64,000 nt of DNA from assembly GCA_977016875.1 (NCBI GenBank), contig CDRNST010000143.1, forward strand, positions 992,001 to 1,056,000. The letters run 5' to 3'. The notes beneath the pieces are model-generated. The model saw nothing but the letters and a program-made list of their open reading frames with translations, was not told the DNA's origin and did not search any database. A program made the translations under genes and the position numbers. This document shows, piece after piece, positions 23,395 through 37,116 of this stretch. The stretch's first letter is position 1; each line of letters starts with the position of its first letter. This DNA comes from Pavona decussata. Lineage: Eukaryota.

Positions 23395-25039
23395 GTCGTG
23401 GTATTTATCCCGGGTTAGCGCTAACCATGCTTCGAGCAACTGGGCTGACCGCAAGGATAAGTTGCAGACAAACCACAGCGTGATCAGTGTGGCTTGATAT
23501 GCTCGATTCACGATTTGGACTTTTACTCACAAACAGTTGTATTGAGAACAGAAAATAATTCAGCAACGGCGGCACATTCGGCACATCTCATTATAGCCCT
23601 TCGGGTTTGACAGATACTAACAACAAATGAAAGTTTCTAAAGCTAACAGAATAGTGCCTTTGGGTACGCATGATCAGGAGGGAAATGGAAGTTCCGCTAA
23701 CTTTGTGTCTTAGAAAAATCGCTTAAAACCCATTATAGTTTGCTCTCGCCTTGAGAAAATCACTTGTTCTCCCGTTTCTTTAGGAGTTTATGGAGCATTT
23801 CGAGTGAAGCTATTCAAAAGTAAGTACAATTCTGATCTAAAAACGCAAAACTCAGTGTTATGACCCGTGATGAAGGCTCACGAAGAAGGTTTCAGCGCCA
23901 AGAACCTTCTTTAATAATTGCGCCTCAAATTGCATGAAAAAATTGCTAGTAGTACTGAGCAACGGACAAATGTCGCGCATTTTCGGTTGCGCAGTTAATC
24001 CAAAAAGTATTGAGAATCTTTGACTATGAGGTTTCTCAGTTGGATTCTCGGAAGGACGTGGTGTTCTAAAACCTGTGCGCATACATATGCTGCAAAAGGC
24101 ATTTTCTTTTTCAGTGCAACCTGTGCATAACGCGACGTATCATAGCGGAAAAAAGTTTGGCCTGTTTAAAGAAAATAACCAAAAAAATTAACAACAGGAG
24201 AAAATTGTCCTAAATTCTCTCCAGGTACAGGTGTCCAGCTTTTTCATCAATCCACATTGAGGGAAAAATACCCATTTTTGGTAAGCAAATTCAAACGGTT
24301 AGCAGGTTAGGGTTGGAATTTCTATTTGTCTATTCTCTGTTGTATTCTCAGTTAGCTTCGTTTGTCAAGGAGTAAATAGTTTCCATCATTTTGAAAAATT
24401 TATTTACTCAAGCTACTGTTATTGTTAGTCAAAGACAAAACATCTGCTCTATTGTCGGGCCTTCTGTTCTCCAAGGATTTCCATAAAAACAAAACGCTCT
24501 TATTGCCTTTTGTTTCCATAATAGGGACGTTGTCTTCGTAATTAACAGAGCCATGGAAAGAAACACGAATGGATTTTTCTTGCAAGCTTGGTCAAGCTTG
24601 ACTATAGATCGACCATTTAAAAATGTTTTTTCAACAAACGAGAACACTCGCTTTTACTGATTGACTTCGATGTTAGTAAATATTAACTAACCAACATTCG
24701 CGGATCTAAAAAGCTTTTGTAAAATGGGGACGGTCGTAGCTTGCTGCTTCAGTCACGGCACAGGCAAGGTCAATTTGATCGAAATTCTTTCTCCGATTTC
24801 CTTTACTGATTAAAACGATATCTCGCTTCTATCCTTAACTGATTCATACTTGAAGCATTTCCGTATCTTTGCATATATCAATGAACTTCTCAGAAAGATA
24901 CACTTGAATGGAATTGACTTACGAGACGCGTTGTCGAGACGCGTTGTTCATTTCAAGTCTTTCAAAAATCAACTCACAACTCACTCACCCAATTTCCTTC
25001 TTTCTCCTTCGATGGAACAAATCTTCGTCCTTTTGCCAT
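20329..25039 (-). CDS. TEX36: Testis-expressed protein 36 homolog (HDNR domain), 182 aa
   Basis: Exons 25039-24989 (MAKGRRFVPSKEKEGNW), 23015-22920 (FCTRGWPRR...DDKHE), 21597-21520 (VPFQRFSFSSHDNRHAFQDQGEYFGN) and 20652-20329 (GLGRR...YRRFPR...*), all phase 0 with GT-AG. Matches the TEX36 motifs MxKGRRF, FSxHDNRH, GLGR and RRFPR. Confidence 0.9.
21958..22495. repeat. Diverged tandem dimer of a 250-290-bp hairpin-rich repeat
   Basis: GAGCTCGAGATTTCTATC...GCTATCTATCACAGAATAGATAGC...GCCAATCAG occurs at about 21960 and again at about 22244. Confidence 0.75.
23329..23447. mobile_element. Short Harbinger-like MITE with 28-bp perfect inverted repeats
   Basis: GTTGCTCGAAGCATGGTTAGCGCTAACC ... GGTTAGCGCTAACCATGCTTCGAGCAAC. 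Confidence 0.8.
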
Positions 25040-25238
25040 GTTGCTTGTTCAAAGAATTCGACCTAAGGCTTTATCGTTACATCGCTGAGAGTTGCAGACG
25101 GCTGTAAAGCGTAACTTGTTAAGTTTTGTTTCTCTTGTTGCTAAGACGCCTTGGTAACCATGACCGCTGACCTTCAATGCGCGCTGGGATTCCTTCAATG
25201 GCGGCCAAGTGAGGCCAAGTGGGTTGTTTAGCTCATGA
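25040..25238. promoter_or_regulatory. Putative bidirectional promoter of TEX36 and PLPBP with RFX X-box-like sites
   Basis: Divergent ATGs about 200 bp apart; GTTGCTAAGACGCCTTGGTAAC at 25137-25158; YY1-like AATGGCGGCC near 25197. Confidence 0.6.
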
Positions 25239-27529
25239 ATGAAGCGATTTTCAATCTTGTCCATGGACGGAATTGGAGTCGCTCTTCGGAGTGTTATTTC
25301 TCGAGTTACAGACGCAACAGCTAAGCGGTCAAGTGTAAGTGTAGAATCAAAGAATTAAGTACTTGTTGTTAATGTTAAAACGATACACTGAAAATGCAAG
25401 CAAATTATACTCATGTAGGTCAAACTTGAGGACCTAATATATTAAACTTAAACACAACCCACAGTTAACTTAATTTATTGGTTTGCTTAGTGAATTGAAT
25501 TTCTAGTACTACCTATAAATGTGTTAAGGCATAGCACGTAGAATAAGTCCAAACAATTAATTTACATTGCAATATAATATTATTATTAAGTCTTACATAA
25601 CATGTAAGAAGCCTACAACAAAGAAACTATTGATTTCACAATCAATAACATCACGCAGCATAATGCATACTCTTATACATACATATGTTTTTATTTTCTC
25701 TGCTTTGCTGCAATCGTACCCTCATTATCTAGCAGATAAGTGAACATAATACCATAATAATTAGAACTCAAATTAGGTCTTCTGTAATTTAATAAGGCCA
25801 TACAGTAAGTAAGTAAGTAAGTAATTTATTTAGTGTCAAATACACAGGGGGTGGTCTCCCAGTCCCCCGAGCCACAGGCTCATGATATAAGTGTTTGACA
25901 GTATGCAATTAACCTGTTTGTTTAGGGACAAATGTCGACATTGCATTTTTCATGAAACTATCTGAATGCATAAATATTGCTTTCAGTGCATGAATTTCTT
26001 GATATTTTTTTTGTAATTCAAAACAAGTACGATCCAGTAAGAATTTACTTGTTTCAAACAGAAAATGGACTAAATCTAGGCTTTTAATGCCTGTAGTGTA
26101 AACAAAAGGTACAGTGACACAATTTACACTTATGTGATTGAGCGTGAGCATGAATCAATGGAAAGAAAACAGTGAAGACTATGTAAGGAATGGCCAAGAT
26201 CTAAAGAAATAAGCAATATTGGCCAAGACCTGCTCTTCTTGCTGTCAAAATGATACAGAAAATGTGAGTGAACAGATGTTGCTTTCACTTAATTAAAAAC
26301 AAACTTCCGCTGTCACAAACTGTCACACTTTTTTTAGTCAGTTCCAGTTGGTTGTCGGTATTTTTGCAAGAAGATTGCCACCATTTTTCGGAACCGTGTT
26401 GCTAGTCATTTCTACCCCTTGGAAGGCCTGTTTAAGATGGGTAACTGCATAATATACTGCCACTTGGAAGAAACACCCTTGAATAGCCTGGATACGAGGA
26501 TACACAGTGGTAAAGCCCAATCCCTCTCCTACTAAAAATTATTTCATGTATATGTTGTGGTTCAAATTTATCCTCTGTACTGACAAGTACATAATTAATG
26601 TGGCCATTCATATGTAAATTAGTAGTTAACAACTGCATTAAGCTGAGTGGAGGAAGGGTGCCCGGGAAGTCCCAGGAGCCTCCACTGTGACCAGCCGGCC
26701 CCTAAACAGTAACACGCTCCCATGGCTGGCAATCCCTGTAACCCCGCCATGAGCCCCCACACCCAGTCATCTGGACACCCATCACACTGCGTAAGCAGTG
26801 GAAAAGGGGAGACACGAAGAGAGGGGGAAAGGGGAAAAACCGAGATTAACCAACCAGATACTCCACAAAGTCCGCTACGCACTGCCATGCTTTAACACAA
26901 CCACAACGCGGTGCTCTGCGCATGTGCTACAGTGTACCTACCAAGAGCCGCTGACGGCCCAATGAATGCCAGCTTTTCTTTGTTGTTAACTTAGTTAAAT
27001 TGCATTTAACTGCATTAAAGTCATAACATTTTAAAGTGACTCTGTATGTAAAAATGTTTGCTTTTATTTGTAGGAATTACCTAACACTGTGCCTCGTCTT
27101 GTTGCTGTCAGCAAATTAAAGCCTTTAGAGTGTATTATTGAAGCTTATCAGCACGGGCAACGACATTTTGGAGAAAACTATGTAAGATGATAACTGGCTT
27201 ATGCACATTCTTACAAGTGACCCTTCAAATAAGCCCAATTAATATCAACATGTAGATTCTCTTTACTATTTTCCATATATTTCTTATGGTATACTTTGAA
27301 GAATTAGTTTGGCAATAAAAATCAAGCTAAAGTGCTGTCTTTATTATCAAAAAAGGAGGCAAAGGACAGGAGGAACGTTTGCCAGAAACGTAGATTACCA
27401 ATGACAGCAAAGTGTTTAAAAAAACATACAGCAAATAGAGCAATGCTTTTCCATTGAATGGAAAGTCACATGTTAAAATTCAGCTACTTTGGAGCAAAAA
27501 AACAAATAGTAACAATAATAATAATAATA

Positions 27530-27598
<69 letters not shown>

Positions 27599-27868
27599 CA
27601 GTCTTCAGTAAACATTTCCTTTGTTACTATGGTTTGAATGTTTGCTCAAGCAGTGATGCAAAGTGAAGTTAGGTTCTATTTTAACTTTTAAATCTTGTCT
27701 TAAAACATATCTTTTTAAGTTAGCTTTTAGCCTTTAACACCTAATTACTTTATTATTGTTAAATTTAGTTTATGTCCATATTTACTAAATTAGTATATTC
27801 TAATATTGTAGTGCACTTTTGATCATCGCATGTTAAAAAGCGCAATATAAATTAATAAATAACACATA

Positions 27869-27900
<32 letters not shown>

Positions 27901-28355
27901 CATTATTAGATGCTGGTCACCTTTGGGTAACATGGGCTTGACTTTTACAGCTATCTTTAATAAGATACACCCTAAATACTTTTTAAATACAATACAATAC
28001 TATCTATAATAATATTGTTTTAAACGTTCTTGCTTGTGCTTGACTACCAACAACTGATGAGAAATACTCTCAGTTATGTAATGTTCTCATATAGGCAAAG
28101 AAAAATGGATAGGTAGAGAGATCATGTTATATTTATAATTATTAAAAACTGAATCATTGTATAATGCAATTCGAGGGATTTGATTGGCTTAGCGGCCATG
28201 GTATATGAGCAATTATACCATGGCGGAGAAATAGCGACCATTAAATTGTCTGCTGGTTATTCTTGCACAGCGAAATCAGTAAGATCTAGCAATATTTCTT
28301 GATTGTTTTTAATAAAACAATTATTCCACTTGCGCTTGTTGGATATGAGATGATT

Positions 28356-28413
<58 letters not shown>

Positions 28414-31400
28414 GCTCGTGGAATAATTGTTAAGTAACATATCAAACACTGAAAGTCAGAGTGTTTCATCGGATATCCGAACACTGAGAAGTGGGTTGAA
28501 AAAAATGAGGTGCAGCCAAATCTTTTTATCAAAATATATTATTTGGGTGTTTGGAAATCAGGTGAAACACTCTTTTGAATGTTTGATGTAGCTTTTCAAA
28601 CCAATGTCAGATAATTCTTGGAGAAATTCAAAGCAAAACTTCACCAAATTTTATGATAATAAAATTGAGATTACATTTCCAAACCTCCTTCATGGTAGTC
28701 ATTTGCTTTGTCTTCTCTTTATAAATTATTTTAAATCGCTTTGAGAAGTATGTGTAATAATCTTTTCAATTCATATTTTTAAGGTTCAGGAACTGATAGA
28801 AAAATCCAATGATCCAAAGGTATGTTTTGTTTCCGCATTATTCTTGTTTTTGATTCTTCTTTCTTAGTTGTGATGAGCTGTTCTGGCGGTTGTCACAAGA
28901 AATCAGATTTAAACTCAGTGGTTTCATTTATTTGCTCTTTAATATTTACATCTACACTGGATATTTGTATTTGAAGGGCTCAGAGCATTAAACCAACCTA
29001 TGTGCATTTTAGATCACTTTTTGTTGTTATATCTCAGATTTATCAAAGATTTTGTTTGTGGCCTTGAATTTCTTCAGGAAACGCTGCTTTGCACTTTGTT
29101 TGCAATGAAAACCTATGATTATGAGCAAGATTGCCGTTTTTAACTCAAAATGAAGTGCATGAAGCAGTGGATAAAACAGTGGAGCAACATTTCCTGAAGG
29201 AATTCAAGGTCACATGCAAAAACTCTGGTGGACCAGTGAGCTAAAACAACAAAAAGCGCCTTCGATCTGAACTGCACATGTGTTGCTTATGGGCAGACTG
29301 AGCCTTTCTTCTGTGATCATCTGTATTTTTTCTTTTAGGTTAAGGAACTTAAGGACGTGAGATGGCATTTTATTGGTCATTTACAGACCAACAAATGCAA
29401 CAACCTTGTTGGTAAGGACTTGCACATTTTGAGTGTGGGAATTTGCTTTTAGCTAGAATTTAAAATTGTGCAGTTCCAGAAAAAATCCATACCCACCCCA
29501 TGGAAGGTCATAGGAAATTCCTAGGGGGAGGGGGGTCTTAAAAGTCAAAATTTTAGAAGCAAAGTATGAAGCTTAACTGGAATTTCCTGGGGGGGGGATG
29601 GGGGGTGCAAAACAAAAAACCTTCCATGGGGGGAGTATGGACATTTTCTGGAACTGCACATTGTGTTTTTTAAGTCATCAGTGAAGGAACTACATGTCCC
29701 CTCATTCCCATACTGCGAGTGGTCTATCTTTTGCTTGAGAAATATTATTATCCGCGCAAAGGAGAGACTGCTCATAGTCTACCTCATTCCCAGAAATATC
29801 TGTAAAGCCAGCAAGAAACTGCTGTGGGAGTAGAATCAAGATTTGGTGTGGAAATAAGGACGTTTAGCACATCAGTAAGCATCTAACTACGCCACACCTG
29901 TTAAGGCTGTTGATTCTCACCGCACGTGATTGATTGAAAACTGATAAGTGCTAATCCATGATTAAAAGATAGCGGATGTTTTCATCTTGCTTGTGCAAAA
30001 TGGTTTTGAAAGCTAACGTCATGCTAGAATGCTAATGTCATGGAGAATTCAAAAGCAAAATGGAAGGGCAAAATGTTTCTGGTACAAGGTTTTTTGTTAG
30101 CCTCCCTTGCAGATGCTCTTTTGGCTCGTCACAGAATCTACTCCTCCCCAACAAGAGGAAAGATTGCGTGACAAGCCCAAAGAGCTTTTGCGACAGAAGC
30201 TAGATCTTTGTTAACAGATGACGTAACTGGAATCAAAGCTCACACTGACCCAGGGTCAGGGGAATGGTACATGTAATCCATGATTCTCAAATAAATGACT
30301 GCATGTTTGATTTTTGGCTGGCGGTAACTGCAATTCACCACTTAGGCTTCTCATGTGTGATCTTTGGGACCATTTTGTGCCATTAGTCAGACAAAGTTAA
30401 ACTCACTTAAATTATAATTCTGTCAAATTTTTAACTTCTGTGATTTTAAAAGTAATATAAGAAAGAAGAATTCTGGGTGGTATTGTCTCACTTTCTTAGT
30501 AACATCACACATGATGAATATGGTGGCCACTAAGAAAAAATGCATAAAGACATTTGCTAATAATTTTAATGGTATAGTTTAGTGGCGAGTGGATTCAGTT
30601 TAACACCTGGGTTAAATTGCCCTTCAGTCGAGCTTCTTTAATAGCTCTCCACTAAAGTACTATACACATACATGTACCATTTTACAACTGGACTCCAAGT
30701 TTTGAACATTTTACGGCATCATTTTATGGTCTATAAGAGTATAAACCATAGAAAACTGCTGCAGATTTGTTTTTTACAATAACATGGAAAGTGAGCACGT
30801 TATATCTGATGTCATTTTTGTCTGTACTCTTATGGACAATAGCTACGAGCCTATCAGCACTTGAATTTTGACTGTTACTGTGAAATAAAATATTGATATC
30901 CAAGGCTTGATATGTTCTCAAGGGTGCACATTCACCTCAGGTTGTTAAATTCCACCCTTCAAATTTGTTGAATGAGTGAAAGGTTATGTGCCAACAGCCC
31001 TGACTCCTTGTCTCACCTCAACTCAGGTGTGCCTAACCTGTTCATGGTAGAGACTGTGGACAGTTTAAAGCTTGCAACTACACTCAACTCTTCATGGAGT
31101 AAACAGAACAAGCCAAATCCTCTTAATGTGATGGTGCAAGTGAACACCAGCCAGGAAGAAAGTGAGTATTCCATTTGCAGCAAGTTTATAACCCATGAAT
31201 GAGTGAGTAAACGAACCACTAGGAGCAGCCAAAAGCTCCATATTGCTGATTCTGGACAACGAATCTGCTACTTTAGAACTACATGTACTTGTATTGGACT
31301 TTAGAGCAGTTATGCTATGGAATCATTTTCAAATATTTTGTTTCTCTCTTCAAGTTTTTAATCATTTCTTAAGGACGGTGCCTACTAATAGTCAGGTATT

Positions 31401-34400
31401 TTTGTGCGGTTATGACTATGCAGGAAAAGCAGATCTTATTTCGGCCTATTGGAACCCCAAAAAGAAAATGCGGCCTAACAACGCATTTTTCAGAGATATT
31501 TAAGCAGCAATAATTGAAAAAAGCGTTAAAATATAAAATAATGTATGGATATGTACGGCCTTTTTTTCCCAAATTGAAGCCTAATTATCTCTGAAGAATG
31601 CGTGGTTACCCCTAATTTTCTTTTCGGATTCCAATAACCCGTGCAAAGATCTGCTTTTCACGCGTAGTTATGAACCGCACAAAAGTGTATGTTAAGTGCT
31701 AAGTAAAGTAAGTAAGTAAGTGAACTTTATTTAAGACTGGGTGACCCAATCAGCTACGGGGCTGTTATCCTGAGGGGCCCTGTATACACCTAAAATCATT
31801 ATAGCAAAGTAATGAATTACAATGAATGCTTGTAGTCTGAGAAAAAGATTACAATATATGGGTTTCTAATAAACACTTTTGGGCTAAAATATTACAAGAT
31901 AGAAAAAATATATAAAACATTTACACACTGAGAAAAATCTATGCAAAATCGTGTTTCATCATTAGTCGCTTAAAAGCCTCCAAGGACGCTGCCCGTTTGT
32001 ATGTTTCAGGTAAGGAGTTAAATAAAATCTCTCCGGAGTATCTAAAAGTTCTCTTCCCGAGGCTAAGTTTGGGTCTTGAAGGATGAATGTCTTCACGCCG
32101 ACGTCTATTGTAACTATGGAAACTGTGGTTTCTTTTAAAACAATCAGAAAGATACTGGGGCACTAAATCATTAAGACATTTGTAGACTAAGATAGATTTG
32201 TTCTTTTTCCTTCTAAGTTAGGCCATCCTAGCGTCTTGAGAGCTGCGCTGGTGCTATCTCGTCTGACAATTATACGTGCAGCTCGATTTTGTAGGCGCTG
32301 CAATCTACTCTTGCACTCAACAGACAATTCACCCCAGGCCGTGTCGGTGTAGCACAGGACTGGTAACACGAGACAGTTGTATACGCATTTCGCTGCCTTA
32401 AGCGTTAAACATGATCGGATGCGGCCGAGTAGACCCAAGCGCTTGTTAACCTTGGTAAACACTTTACTAACATGCCCTTTCCATTAGAGGTATTCGTCAA
32501 GGGTGACCCCTAGGTAGCAAAAATTTCTCACTTAATCGATGAAGCTGGGCATTTGCAAGTTTCTGTTTAGAACCAAAGAGCATACATTTGGTCTTCGTGA
32601 GATTTAGAACAAGCTTGCTGTTTTTCATCCACTGTTCAACTCTTTGGAGGTCTTCTTGGATTTCCGTCATGATGCAGTCTGGCTCCGAGCCAGTACTGGC
32701 ATGGGGCAAAGAAAAAAGTCTGTAATCGAACCCACGACCTGATCGTCCATTGCTCAACCGATTGAGCTACGAGGCCAGACCGGAACAAGTCGTGGGTGAT
32801 AGTGCTGGTAATTGTGACAGTGTGAATGTGAAGGGTGCTTTACNNNNNNNNNNNNNNNNNNNNNNNNNNNNNNNNNNNNNNNNNNNNNNNNNNNNNNNNN
32901 NNNNNNNNNNNNNNNNNNNNNNNNNNNNNNNNNNNNNNNNNNNNNNNNNNNNNNNNNNNNNNNNNNNNNNNNNNNNNNNNNNNNNNNNNNNNNNNNNNNN
33001 NNNNNNNNNNNNNNNNNNNNNNNNNNNNNNNNNNNNNTGTTTGTTCATAGGCAAGAGTGGCTGTTCCAGTGATCACTGTGTGGAGCTTGTCCAGCACATT
33101 ATCACCCACTGCCCTTACTTGAAATTCACAGGACTAATGACTATTGGTGAGATGAACTTTGACTGGAGTCAAGGGGATAATCCTGATTTTATTGTAAGTA
33201 TTAGTAAGTACCGGTAAACAGTCATGTATTGTAACGATTGGGTGGGAGGGCCATATTGGAAATAATAATTAGGAGGATAAGTTACATGACACCAACATCA
33301 CAGTTGAACGACAACTGTATACGCTGGTGTAAGATTTTCTGCCAAGGTCATTGTCCAAGAAAGTGGGGGTGGTGTAATGGAGATTATTTTTTTTTTGTCA
33401 AAATTTATTTAAATATTATTAATTTATTTTATTAAATACCTTGCTAATACATGAGCTGCTTTCAGTCGACCAACAAGATGAAATCGAAGGGATGTTCACA
33501 GAAAATTGCGATGCGCGGGAATTATAATTAGCGCAGTCTCTTGATATTGAAGCAGCGCTGGAATTTTATGAGAATGAACTTCCTTCTCCTCATGTGGTTG
33601 ATATTGAGCTCCAGCGATGGAAGAGAAAGTGGTAGAGCACTGAGGATGCCGACCTTCCCACCAGTGCAGTTCAGACACTCGCAGCATGCGATCGAGAGTT
33701 CTTTCCTAACATCCACACCTTAATCCGCATTTTGTGTACGTTGCGATGACGTCAGCTGAATGTGAGCGCTCATTCAGTGCACTAAGAAGGTTAAGAACAT
33801 ACCTGAGGTCGACCATGTCAAGCGAGCGAGAGTCTGGGCTGGCGTTGATGAACATCAATTACCACCGAGACATAAATATCGAGGAAGTGATAAACACGTT
33901 CGCTCAACGGCAACCAAGGCGTCTTCTGTTTGCGTAGCGTAAACGCCAAAGTCTTGTACGTACGTAATGTAAGGATTTTAGACCAACTGTTTTCGTTGGA
34001 ACCAATTTGGAACCCCCCCCCCCCCCTTCCCTCCTAGAAATCTTGGCTACGCCCCTGCGTTTTGTGTTTGACCACTCAGTTTCTGCTCGTTCAAACAGCG
34101 AAAAACACGCAAGACCTCACGGAGACACTTGATACACAGGCTAACTCATATCTCAAGGTCCCTTCTGGTATCAAGGGGAGCGGTAGAGTCACCTATGAGT
34201 TTGATAGTCCAGTGATTACTTTTTCTTTAAACTTTTCTTATCGGGAAAAAGGGTCATCAGAAGAAGTGTAATTTTGGAGAACCTAGTAAAAATAACTTTG
34301 GATGAATGTAATTCAAGTACCCCGCCCCCAACCACCCCCTCCAAAAAAGGGTGGTTCCTTGGTGTAAAAATTATTTTTTAAGGAAAAAACAGTATTTTAC

Positions 34401-35944
34401 TGTGTTATATCATAATGTTGTGAAAATAGCACGACTGCACTGGTGTTGAAACTGAGACTTGCTCATCGTTGTGGTTTTCTCTCAGTGTTTAGTAGACTGC
34501 CGGAAAGATGTTTGTGAAAGACTTGGCATTCGTGTGGAAGATGTGGAACTTAGCATGGGAATGTCAAATGATTTCGACAAGGCGGTAAGATCCCTGGAAA
34601 ACAAATTACGTACTGTGTTTGTTGTCACTGTTTCATTATTAATAGCCCTTTTGAATAAAATGTTCCTTTCCCACCGTCCTCTCTCAAAAAGTGGGTTGGT
34701 CAATCGCCTAAGAAAAGATAAAAAAGCCGAACAAACAGCCATTGACAAATGATCCCTTGACTGCCATTTTGCAATGACCGCCTATCACTTCAAAGTGTGT
34801 TCAGTATCATCTGGTTATTACGGCTGATTTTGTGTCAGACTCACGTTAAGATGTATACAAAGCTTTAACATGCGATCGGGTCCAATTTAGTCGCGCCCTT
34901 ATTTTCTCGGCAAATTTTAATCTCTCTCTAAAACTTCGCGTTTCCCGCGGGAATGGAGGATTAACAATGGAAAGGAAAGTAGAGCCAGATCCCAGGTTAA
35001 CCAAGCTTAGTAAACTTGGAAAAAAAAACTGGGAAAAATAACTGGCGATGAAATTAGGAACGTTATGTTTGTTTGTTTTTTTTTTTTTTTATATATTCAA
35101 GCAAACGTTGGCACAAGAGCAAAACTTTTCGCGCGGCCCAGAAGCGAAAAACTATTTTAATGTACAGAAAAAGCTATGAGAACGTTTGCTATGCATGTTT
35201 CGTTAGGGCAACTTAGCTCTTTTTTTGGTCGATTTTATTTGCCTTCTTAATGCTTTTGCTTATGACAAAATCCATATACCGTTTGTATTATGCTATTAAA
35301 CAAGCGATCAGAATTTAAACTCCCCTTAATACAAATACAAAAGACAAGGAACTGATTTTCTTTCTTTCTTCCTCAACGTCTGTTACCCTTTTGGCAGAGA
35401 ATTATCCCCCACCCCCCCCCCCCCTTACCTTCTTATAAATGGTGCTATTACGAGAGGCAATTTTTCCTGTAACTTTCAACGTGCTGCCGGTTACGAAACG
35501 AGTTGAGGCCGAAATCGCGCGTGTCACTCTCCCTCCTCACAGCTTCCCTTGAAACTAAAATTGACGTTGCAAGTTGCAGGAAAAGTAGACTAGTCTTTTA
35601 CCTTTCGCAACGTTACCACTTGCCTGATTCGTTGCAGCCTGTAACATGTTGTTTGCAACTTGCAACGCAATGCTTTCGTTGAACAGCGTTGGGTTGCAAG
35701 TTGCAGAAAAAAACATCCTTCAGGTAATAGCGCCTTTTGATAAGGAAATTCCAAAACAATGCTTGTATAATCTAATCTAGTTTATTTAATGTTCAATCAG
35801 ATTTTAATGGGAAGTACAAACGTCCGAGTAGGCAGTACTATATTTGGTGCGAGACAACCCAAACGTCCAAACAATTCCACAGCGGCGGAGGGAACTTCTC
35901 AACAAATCTCCCAGGGAACAACCATATCCAGCGGGACTTCCTAG
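25239..35944 (+). CDS. PLPBP: Pyridoxal phosphate homeostasis protein (PROSC/YggS family)
   Basis: Exons 25239 (or 25263)-25334, 27074-27181 ([11 protein letters not shown]...GQRHFGENY), 28784-28819 (VQELIEK), 29339-29411 ([11 protein letters not shown]), 31027-31161 ([12 protein letters not shown]), 33051-33193 (GLMTIG), 34486-34584 (LSMGMSNDF) and 35801-35944 ([15 protein letters not shown]). Phases are consistent. Confidence 0.96.
27505..27596. repeat. (AAT)n microsatellite; a second (TAT)n tract at about 27868-27908
   Basis: Directly visible in the sequence. Confidence 0.95.
28140..28750. repeat. Two adjacent interspersed repeats (related copies at about 17368-17445 and 41995-42140)
   Basis: Shared AATAAAACAATTAT...CTCGTGGAATAATTGTTAA and ATATCAAACAC...GTGTTTCATC segments. 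Confidence 0.65.
29467..29660. mobile_element. MITE with long TIRs
   Basis: TGTGCAGTTCCAGAAAA...CCATGGAAGG / CCTTCCATGG...TTTTCTGGAACTGCACA. Confidence 0.8.
31700..32690 (-). mobile_element. 5'-truncated, frameshifted L2/CR1-group LINE
   Basis: RT C-terminal motifs ([41 protein letters not shown]) are split over three frames; (TTAC)n tail near 31701-31720. Confidence 0.85.
32844..33037. other. Assembly gap
   Basis: Run of N. Confidence 1.
33455..34057 (+). mobile_element. Defective hAT transposon 3' portion (dimerisation domain and right TIR)
   Basis: ELQRWKRKW*...[42 protein letters not shown] has one stop and one frameshift. Terminal GGCTACGCCCCTG at 34045-34057. Confidence 0.85.
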
Positions 35945-37116
35945 CAAGCTCCCCAGGGAACCGAATCAACGTCTGGTGGATACCTTGAGGAGCGGAATAA
36001 ACATCCGGCGGGACGTTGCAACCGAACCCCCGGGGGGAAAATTCGACCTCCGAGGATACGCTTCAATGGCCTGCGTTGCTGGCGGTTTTGTTCGCGCGGG
36101 GTCAAAAGTTTTGGCGGCGGAGACGCTACAATGAGTGGAAAAGCCGCTAGAGGAACAAAACTTTTGACCCCGCGTGAACAACGCAGGCTAACGCGTCAGA
36201 ACTTGGCGGTGCTGGCCAGAGACTGAGACTTGCCATGGCAGAAATAAGCGCTGATTCACTTGCTGTGCATAATAATGTGACATAGCAAACACTACATCGA
36301 CAAAAATACATTTGTTATTTTTGTTTTATTCTGACATTCATGCTGGCAAATCAAGAATCAATCAATGACGATTATCCTTTCATTGTCGTATAAATTATTT
36401 TTAGTTCAAGAAACCAAAATCGTGTATTCAAAAATTTCCCTAAACATTTTCATGACGTGCAATATATCACGAGTTTACAGAATTAACGGCCAGAGAGGTC
36501 ACACTTTTAATCATGACTAAATTAAAGGGAACTGTATTTAAAAATGATTTGGGGAGATTCTAGCCTGCAAAGCTTGCGGAATGTTGGGCGAAGGCAAAAG
36601 TTGGGCGAACAAGCAGTGAAGCCGCGAGGGGAATGGAGAAAAGGCGATTTGAATTTTCTCGTTGCTCCGCGCGTGGACATTACCGCTAGATTCGCAGGCT
36701 AGAGAGATTCCGCTAAGTCTTGCCCAAATGTGCGGATCTCGTCATAGGCGTTGTTAAAAGCAACAACATTCGAAGAGCTCGTGCTTCTTTTATTGGCGAA
36801 TTTAGAGCAAGAGTGCGGTGTTATATCGAAGATGACACGCGTTACGGGGCATGCATATGGTTCAGTGATGAACCGATAAAAAATACTATAAGTACTTATG
36901 TGGAAAAGATACAAGTTATTTAATCTTTTATGGAAACTGTTGTTGATCCTTTTGTAGAATTATGATTTGTTTCCATCGGGTGGTGTTACCGGTTAACACT
37001 TGTTTCCATTTCTCAAACTTACCTTGGATGTATTTTCGTATGAATTTTACGAGCGGTGTATTTTGCAGTAAAACACTCCTGTTTGTGTAGTAAATGGGGT
37101 TCTGTTTCCCCGACAT

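Noticed and set aside
27454-27666. Poly-Asn protein
   Set aside because: (AAT)n microsatellite in a PLPBP intron.
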